From an uncultured Nitrososphaerales archaeon (GTDB taxonomy: Archaea; Thermoproteota; Nitrososphaeria; Nitrososphaerales; Nitrososphaeraceae): a stretch of DNA of 40,771 nucleotides. This document shows, one piece after another, positions 33,093-40,771 of the stretch. Made by a program: the position numbers and the translations under genes. The DNA lies in assembly GCA_963709405.1 (NCBI GenBank), contig CAVPXM010000015.1, forward strand, positions 1 through 40,771, given 5' to 3'. How positions within the stretch are numbered: the first letter of the stretch is position 1; every line of letters begins with the position of its first letter. The notes under the pieces are model-generated. The model searched no databases. It had not been told where the DNA came from and saw only the letters and a list, made by a program, of their open reading frames with translations.

Positions 33093-33984
33093 GAGCCTAT
33101 CCCAAAATTATCCTCCTGTAAATAAGAATACAACAACCCAAACATACTAACGCAAAATAGTTTTCTAATTTCTTTTCATATCTAACTAAAAGTTTTCTGA
33201 GCCTGTTGTGCCAGGAGTTAGTTCTTTCTACAACCCATCTTCTTCTTGTATTATGCTTACCGCTCTTTGTTATTGGTTGTTCGCCTCTATGTCGAATATT
33301 TGGTAAGTATCCTTTCTTGATAACTTCGTTTTCAATCTCCAGAAAGTCATATCCCTTATCAAGACAAAGGTTCTGGTTCTTTCTATAAATCTTAGAGGAT
33401 GGTCTTTTAACTACGATATTATCCAGTGTATTTATAGCAGCCTTCATATCATGTGTATTAGCTGCAGTTACAACAACAGATAATGGAATACCTTGTCCAT
33501 CAGTTAATACATGATGACGTTTTGTTCCTAACTTACCTCTGTCTGTGGGATTAGGTCCAGTCATTTCCCCCCTAAAGGTGCCTTTATACATACACTATCA
33601 AGAGATTGCCATCTCCATTGGATGCCTACTATACCATCATATACTTTTAGCAATCTAGTCCATAATCTTTGAAATACCTTAGATGTTGACCATTGTTGGA
33701 ATCGTCTATGGCAGGTAGATCCAGGGCCATACTCCTTTGGCAACATCTTCCATTGACATCCAGTTCTTAAGACAAATAGAATGCCATCCAGTACCTTCCT
33801 AAATGATATTGCTGGACGTCCTATGGTATTTGCTGGTTTTTCTGAGGGAAGTATCAATCTTATTTCATCCCATAACTTGTCAGGAATTCTTTTGACAGTT
33901 GGAAGATACCTGACCCTATTGTAAGTCACACTTATGAGAAAAACTCTCTCAAGCTATATGTCTATCTATTTTTGGGATGGGTTC
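33093..33984 (-). mobile_element. Complete IS5-family insertion sequence (892 bp)
   Basis: TIRs GAGCCTATCCCAAAATTA (33093-33110) and GAACCCATCCCAAAAATA (reverse complement of 33967-33984), 15/18 identical; TTA duplication at 33090-92 and 33985-87. Confidence 0.93.
33097..33929 (-). CDS. IS5-family DDE transposase in two ORFs, probable programmed -1 frameshift
   Basis: orfA LRTGCQWKMLP, STCHRRFQQW, SLDS; orfB KRH..TD..GIPL, DKGYD, RWVVERTNSW; overlap at GGGGGAAA near 33565. Confidence 0.9.
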
Positions 33985-34541
33985 TTAATCACATAATGTA
34001 GTACGGAACCGGTTTGGCGGGGATGGCTAACGTATAACTCTTTTCTTCGTAGTAGCACCTAACTCAGCCAATTCGAAATAAAGCATTCTATGAAATTCCC
34101 TTTAGAGATCCTTGTACAGCAGTTGTTTTCCAAAACATTTTCTAGTACTCTATCGATAGTATTCTGGTTGCAGGATAACGAACAATTTTAACAACGATTA
34201 TGTCCTTTGAATGGGTAACCTTATTTATCATATAGTAATATGAGAGCAGAATTATAAAAATATATCACGGATAAAAATTAACAGCACCATGGCGAGTATT
34301 GAATTGTTAATGGATGAATCAATGCGGTCGCGTTATCGTAGTCGAATGGTTTTACCACAAAAATAATATTCGTCAAGCGCTAAGTTACCTTTTGCTGATA
34401 TGAATTTTAATAATTAAGAATCGATATGATCACAAGTCTATTTTCCATCATCGTGGAACTTTTCCGGGAGCTAAAGCATAAAATAAGGAGAACAAAGATG
34501 CATTTAACAAAACTTAAACAGACAAGAAACGAGGCAAAAGA

Positions 34542-35063
34542 TCATTGTCTATTTTCCTTTTCCAAGTATTCACTATATCTTGGCGGCAGATAGGATATCT
34601 TTTCTGGTTTTATTTTTAAAATTATCCTTTTTACGTTAGGAGAGTGGGCAGGATATCTATCGGAATTAAGATACATTTTTGCTAACTTGTCAATATGTTC
34701 ATCAGCACCGTCCTTTGTTTGTTCAATAACTTTTCCTTTTATTGTAATCATACTGTATGGGTTATTCTGTGAGTCTACCATAGATATTGATACTCGAGGG
34801 TCTCTTGATGCATTCTTTTGTTTTAACCGCCCAACTGCTGTATTGATAAGTATGAGACCATTTTTCTCATCTAAGTCTATCCATGTTGGGGTGACTTGAG
34901 GAGAACCATCTTTATTAATGGTAGATACAAATGCAAAATTTCTATTTTTGAAGAATTTGAGTATTGGTTCGCTTAGTATATCACGGCTATTGATTCGACT
35001 CAAGGTTCTTATTTTATAATATATCGTATAAAAACCATATGTAATATGAAAATAACGTTCCAT
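34542..35063 (-). CDS. PPOX-class F420-dependent oxidoreductase
   Basis: FAFVSTINKDGSPQVTPTW, NTAVGRLK..N..RDPRVS, HIDKLAKMY; the real start is probably downstream of 35063. Confidence 0.88.
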   Translation of the reverse strand: MERYFHITYGFYTIYYKIRTLSRINSRDILSEPILKFFKNRNFAFVSTINKDGSPQVTPTWIDLDEKNGLILINTAVGRLKQKNASRDPRVSISMVDSQNNPYSMITIKGKVIEQTKDGADEHIDKLAKMYLNSDRYPAHSPNVKRIILKIKPEKISYLPPRYSEYLEKENRQ

Positions 35064-35929
35064 AGACTCGAGGCGAATGTGGACACTAAATCTCCTGACT
35101 ATGGTAGTCGTAAAATCTCAAGCCGATCATTCATTAAAAAGTCTGGCAATAGTAAAGACAATGAAATGAGACGTCAGCATTGCGCATATAGCTATGAATA
35201 AAATTCATTATAATGTTGTGAGATTTAGAGTGTCTATAGATGAAGCTGAGGTTTTGGCTGGACTATTTAATCAGTTAATGCTAGGGATTATGTTATGCAT
35301 GATCCAGAAAAATTGACTGACAGGTACATAGCAGGCCGACCAGCTAGCAGAATATGTACAGGTTTATCTGCTTCTATGGACATTTGAAATATTTCTTTTA
35401 CATCATCAAGCCAGGATCATCGTCAAAAGTTCTTCACTGAAAGATCTTCCTGCCGCAAGTTTTGTAAACATTTGTAAATGCTCATTTCATTAGCCCCGAA
35501 TAAATCCACTAGCAAAAGCAATTGCCATACATAGAGAATGGAAGTCCAAGGTTTGCAACCTGCCATCTGACACTGAAAAGCTGTTATTAATAGCTAATGT
35601 TGAATTACCTGAAGCTGCTTCTACCTAATGCAATTTTCTATCCATTTCCTGTTGCTTCAGTCTCTTTCGAAGTTGAGGAAAACCCCAACTAATAAAAAGG
35701 ATAAGGAAAGGTTAAGAAAGAAACAATCGGAACAGATCCAAAACGAACTATCCACTCCAAATCTCTTCTGAAGAAACCTCGTTCTCAGAATCTTGTACTC
35801 GCTATCATCCTCAATTAGCCTAAACTAGCAACTAGAAGTCTTAAATATCTTCACCTAAGAGACAGTGGCACTAGCTGATTGCCTTTGTCAAAACAAAATC
35901 TGACCTGGCAAATGATAACGGACTTTTTA

Positions 35930-36940
35930 TTAGATCTTGTTAATTACTTTAGAATCAAAAAGTTTCAAGGCTATCTTGTCGAGTCCCATAAAATGAAAGA
36001 TAAAGTGTCTTACTCCATAGCCTAGATATTCATTGATGCCTTTCAGGATCTTTTCAGGCGTTCCTATGGTAATACCTCCAACAAGATATTGAAGATATTG
36101 CTCTAGTGTTTTGTCTTTTCTTTTATATTGCATAAGGATTTGATTTACTTCCTCTTCTGATTCTCTGATTATGCATGGCAGCACAACAGAATAGTGAATC
36201 TCATTGTGGTCTTTTGTTCTTCTGTTTCCAAGGGAGTCACACAGTTCCATTAAAATAGAAATTTTCCTTTTCATCTCACTAGGTGCACCAAAGAAAAGGT
36301 TGTATCTGTCTGCATGCTTTGCCACTACCTTAAGCAAATATTTTTCACCCGATCCACCGACCATGATAACAGGACGAGGTTTTTGAATTGGCTTTGGATT
36401 ACATATTGCATCTCTTATTGTATAATACCTGCCTTCAAAAGAAGTGCATCTTCCTTTCCACATTTCTTTAATTATAGTTAGTGATTCATCTAATTGCTTA
36501 ATTCTGGTTATGTTTGATGGGAAATCATATCCATACGCTGTATACTCATGCTCGTACCAGCCTGCCCCTATTCCTAACTCTACTCTTCCATTGCTAATGA
36601 CATCTAAAGTAGAGATCATCTTTGCTAATAGCGCCGGGTTTCGATATGAATTACAGGCCACTATCTGTCCTATCTTTATTCTTGTTGTGGTTGCTGCTAC
36701 TGATGATAATAGGCTAAAACATTCGAAAATATTTTTATTTATATCAGCGCTATAAAAGGGGATAAAATGATCATATGCATAAATTGAACTAAATCCAAGA
36801 TTATCAGCCGTAACGGATATCGATTTTGAGAATTCATATTGCTTAACTGGATCATTTTCTTCCTCTAACGGTAAATCCCCACCTCTCCATCCTTGTGGAA
36901 TAGTCAGTCCAAATTGCAATTCCTTTTTTGTATTGTGCAT
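35930..36940 (-). CDS. LLM-class (probably F420-dependent) oxidoreductase
   Basis: YDHF, YRNPALLAK..STLDVISNGRVELGIGAGW, PKPIQKP, GGSGEK. Confidence 0.92.
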   Translation of the reverse strand: MHNTKKELQFGLTIPQGWRGGDLPLEEENDPVKQYEFSKSISVTADNLGFSSIYAYDHFIPFYSADINKNIFECFSLLSSVAATTTRIKIGQIVACNSYRNPALLAKMISTLDVISNGRVELGIGAGWYEHEYTAYGYDFPSNITRIKQLDESLTIIKEMWKGRCTSFEGRYYTIRDAICNPKPIQKPRPVIMVGGSGEKYLLKVVAKHADRYNLFFGAPSEMKRKISILMELCDSLGNRRTKDHNEIHYSVVLPCIIRESEEEVNQILMQYKRKDKTLEQYLQYLVGGITIGTPEKILKGINEYLGYGVRHFIFHFMGLDKIALKLFDSKVINKI

Positions 36941-37491
36941 TTGCCTATTTTTACATATTATTGACTACAGGTATTTATTATAAAGTAACGTTTTAATGAC
37001 AATTTTATTTTGTTTCACATGTTAGCTCAGAGTGAAAAGATTTAGTAACTAGGCAATACATCCATTCATACATCCATTCAACAGGTCTACATGAGATACG
37101 ATTATCAATGAAATCAATAAAGGGAAAAATAGCCTCAAATACGTTAGCTACAATAGAATATCATTTAGAATTTATCTAACGCTAGCATCAAACAGGATAC
37201 GGTTATTTATGATCTGTATACAAGATGGGAAGAGATCGTGTTCTTTGTAGTCGACAAAAATCAGTAACAATATCAAAGATAATATGGAAAGTAGATAAAC
37301 TACCGGAGGTTAAAAGAATAGCTACTCGGATCAATGTAAAGTAGAATATGAACTGGAACACAATAGAAAATGACAAATCCTTCTTTTGAATTAATGAAGA
37401 TGGCAAATTAATGGCAAAGAATGATTCTGATATAAATATACGGAATTACGATAAGGGAGATCATAATAAGGTTATTCAATTAGTAGTAGTT

Positions 37492-37686
37492 TCACCATTC
37501 CGAATCGGTACGTTTCTTGGTGAATACTTCAACCATGTAAAATGGTGGACGTTCGCTCTTCTCTAGTTCACGTACTAATATGTCATGAACGAGTGCAGGA
37601 TCTATTTCTGGAAGGTACATATGATATAGTGTCTCCAGTCCCTGGAAAACATTCCTTATTTCCTGTAGTTCTGTAGTCATCATCAC
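37492..37686 (-). pseudogene. Truncated conserved hypothetical protein
   Basis: GLETLYHMYLPEIDPALVHD..PFYMVEVFTK; recalled as the N-terminal half of a longer Nitrososphaeraceae protein. Confidence 0.5.
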
Positions 37687-39381
37687 TTATTATTATACAC
37701 CCTCTTTCCCATGATGATGACGTAGGCCAGTTTGATGTACCATCAAGACTGTTTTAACTTCCTTGAATATGCAAGGTCTTATTTTCTTGTCCTTTATTCT
37801 GCAGGTGGTAGAGTGTCACGCCAATTCGAGTGATATATAGGTAACAACAAATCCGATAACTACATACAGGAGGTTTTCAATCATCATTATTTATACAATA
37901 TCTAAATGCTGTTAATTAATCTGAGTAAAAACTATTTATGATTAATCGGAATAAGGTTTTGTATTATAAAGCAGTTAATTATTGGGCGTGTACTGGATTG
38001 CCAATTCTATAAATAAGACTTGTTTAATACATGATGACATTTTCTAACTGGCAAATATCAATACCTGTAACTGGGAGATCATGTAAATACTATAGCTGGA
38101 GATATCAGAACTGTTCTAAATTATTTCAGCAGTAAAAATTAGTCCCGTTCAAAATGTGTGGGAGAAAATATCGTAAAGCATAGTTCTTAGTCGGTAAACT
38201 CATCATAGTTACTCAGAATCTGCTTCTTTGGATCGATACATCGTTGAAAGTCTGTAATTGTATCTGAACCGGCACAACGGTCAAAGTGGGATTAAGAACA
38301 GAGATTAGGAAAGCCCACGGTAATAGGTGATAATCAAGTGACGTGAAGTGAACAAGCAAATGTGTTTGTAACGGCCTGAATTGAAGACATTAACTCGGGA
38401 AGATCTCGTTATTTAATTTGGGAAATGGATTATAACGAAAAAATGCGTTTTAAACTTAAGGATCGAATCCTAGAGGTTGAACTATCCTTACGAGTAAACA
38501 ATATTCCATTAATTGAACACACTGGGAATATAACAAGACCTCTCCCCTCACTCAGGCATTGCTTCTTTTTGCCATCGCTGAATTAATTTAACTCCATTTA
38601 TTGGAAAATCTCTCAATCTAGGCGTTTTATCCCAATTATTTTGATCCAAAATTCACCTCCTTATGATTTCAAGTACATAATCTTTAAAGCTTGTTAGAGT
38701 TCTGAGGTTTGCAGTCTGATCAACAAATTCTCGCGTTTCTCTTTGGAGTAAAACCATGGAAAGTAACTTACATAATACTCAAATAGTAAAGGGTAATGTG
38801 ATTCTCGAAGCTGAGCTTTGATTTAAAAAGTAACTTCGAATGACATGACAGGTCCCCTAGTATTCAAAAAAACATAATTGAAAAAAAGATATGGATACAA
38901 CGAGGGCCCTGAACTTAGATTAGATTATTTAACATAGGCATTGAAACTTGGGTTTAAGATTTTTTTCAATATATAAACTACACCGTCATAGCCTGTAATA
39001 CATCGTCATACGTTCTTAGACGATAATAGTTACTAATTACCAGTATGATGGTAACGCACGTTGAGTTAGAAGTGGAACAATCATATTAGTACCTGCGACT
39101 AAATGACATTAAAGATCATGATCCCAAATCGCACCGCTATATCTTCTTCAGGAATCATCTTTAGACTTGAAGAGCTAGAAGTGTGCGTTCTAGAATGCTT
39201 CTGATAATTGAGCCATATTGCTAGACAACAATTTCTCAAGCTCTAATCTGAGATTCGCTGATGTCTCACAAGTACAAATCTACACTTTTCTAAAGGATAA
39301 ATCTTGTTACACTGACACACAATGTATCGAAATATGGAGGTCAAGTGTAGCAATGTCTCAGAAGGCCAGCATTTTGCATTC

Positions 39382-40014
39382 CTATTTCTTGTCTTTTGGA
39401 TAAACAAATTTTTCTTTAGTTGACGAATTCTGGTCACTTGGTCCGTGATAGTCCTCCGGGTATGCCTCATTTATCAGTTGACTAACAGCTTCCCCTGTTG
39501 GCAATGGAGCATTTCTGTCAACTTCATATTTGAAAATTTCTGGATAATCTATATCCAATATGACATTTCTGCCGACTGCGATTATATGTGATTTAGGAAT
39601 ATCATATCTATAACCTCGATCTCCAAAGACAACTATCTTATCAGAAGTTTCTTTCATAATATATCCAACGTGATCTTCATTATTCGCTCGTACTCCCTTG
39701 TTAAACAGAGATTTCGGGTATTCTCTTTCATAAGTTCCAAGATCAATCCTCCCAGATGGTGAAGTCCATGGGTCTTCACGGCTAGATGGGAGTGGGTCTT
39801 CACGATTAACTTTGTACTTGTCTACAATATCCTTGAAACTAAGACCAATTAGAACGTTAGCACCAGTTTGCTGAATTTCAGAGATTGGTATATCATACCT
39901 TTCGTTCTTCCCTCCAAATACAATAATCTTATCAGGGGTCTCTCTTACAACATGTCCTATATCAGGTGAATCAAGAGCTTTTACCCCCTTGTTGAAGTAC
40001 TTCCCCGAAGTCAT
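39382..40014 (-). CDS. Hypothetical protein with two internal PRC-barrel-like repeats
   Basis: FNKGV....G....ET.DKI.VFG....RYDIP.S.I...G.NV......Y.V.R..PLP occurs twice. Confidence 0.8.
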   Translation of the reverse strand: MTSGKYFNKGVKALDSPDIGHVVRETPDKIIVFGGKNERYDIPISEIQQTGANVLIGLSFKDIVDKYKVNREDPLPSSREDPWTSPSGRIDLGTYEREYPKSLFNKGVRANNEDHVGYIMKETSDKIVVFGDRGYRYDIPKSHIIAVGRNVILDIDYPEIFKYEVDRNAPLPTGEAVSQLINEAYPEDYHGPSDQNSSTKEKFVYPKDKK

Positions 40015-40360
40015 CCTTTTTCATAAATATGATATCGAACCAATTATTTAATGATTTATTTATCTGGCTTTTTCAGTTTGAGGAATTGATTTTAGCATGA
40101 ATTTTAGTTTACTGACACTAATTAAAATCAACGTTTGCACGAAATGGCGAGCTCTGTATATTATTAATTCGTCTAAAACGTATAGATATTCATGTGTTAT
40201 AGATTTCGGTTAGATTTTATGCCGCTGTCGGCAAGATTACTCTCGACCTTGTAATTCCCATTATTTATTTATCGTTAATACCTGACTTAATCCCTTGGTT
40301 TAGTTCTAAACAAATCGATATATATGATATACTATATTATAAATGTGAAAAGGAGAGATA

Positions 40361-40700
40361 ATGAATAATACTCTTAAACCAATTATAAAAAGACAGTTAC
40401 TGTTTATTGGAGGAAGTTTAGCAGTTTGCTTTGTAGTCAGTTATGTTTTTGGTTATTTCGTAGGAATTATTTTAAATATGGTAATATTTGTAGGAATCTT
40501 GTTCTACATTAGAAAAAAACAGACTTAGTGCGTTAAAATCTTTGGGCTTTAGCAATGAGAAAGCAGGCGGAGAAGGTTTCAACTGGTTCAATACGGATCC
40601 AGTGAAAGTAAGGTATGTCTGCCTAGGCTGTGGAGCAGAAATTAGTGGTATTAGTAGTTGCAACAAATGTGGCTCGAAAATGAAAAGACCTATTTTTTAG
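40361..40700 (+). CDS. Two-TM membrane protein with C-terminal zinc ribbon; one frameshift near 40520
   Basis: MNNTLKPIIKRQLLFIGGSLAVCFVVSYVFGYFVGIILNMVIFVGILFYIRKK / ...YVCLGCGAEISGISSCNKCGSKMKRPIF*; AGGAG and TATA-like sequence upstream. Confidence 0.7.
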
Positions 40701-40771
40701 TGGAAGAACGCGCACCGAATTATTAAAGAGACAGTAATATTTAGCTACGCGTCCTAGAACCATATCTACCG

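Noticed and set aside
38205-38290. HFDRCAGSDTITDF on the minus strand resembling a hemolysin-type Ca-binding protein tail
   Set aside because: Too short and degraded to support a feature.

Overview
The window is mostly low-GC (about 35% by eye) archaeal DNA. Its gene content fits a soil ammonia-oxidising archaeon of the Nitrososphaeraceae type (inferred): expanded histidine kinases and receivers, MEDS, NHL, PAC2, F420-dependent LLM/PPOX enzymes, many small zinc-finger genes, and TATA boxes about 25-30 nt before ATG. It is an accessory region full of gene relics and carries one complete IS5-family element. From about 11020 to 16550 (possibly 16715) lies an abrupt, unameliorated high-GC block (about 60-65% by eye) of alphaproteobacterial character. 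It holds a radC 3' fragment and a translationally coupled operon of a Pls/PosA-type poly(amino acid) synthetase (A-T-membrane), a polyamine-type GNAT acetyltransferase and a 4'-phosphopantetheinyl transferase. This is either very recent bacterium-to-archaeon transfer or an assembly chimera; the sequence alone cannot decide. Just left of it (about 6560-10700) are remnants of a putative provirus-like element: two diverged terminase-like C-termini, a C2H2-tail relic and an HTH/coiled-coil gene preceded by a 10-bp-phased repeat array. Many genes carry single-base frameshifts, often in homopolymers, suggesting an unpolished long-read consensus, so pseudogene calls are provisional.
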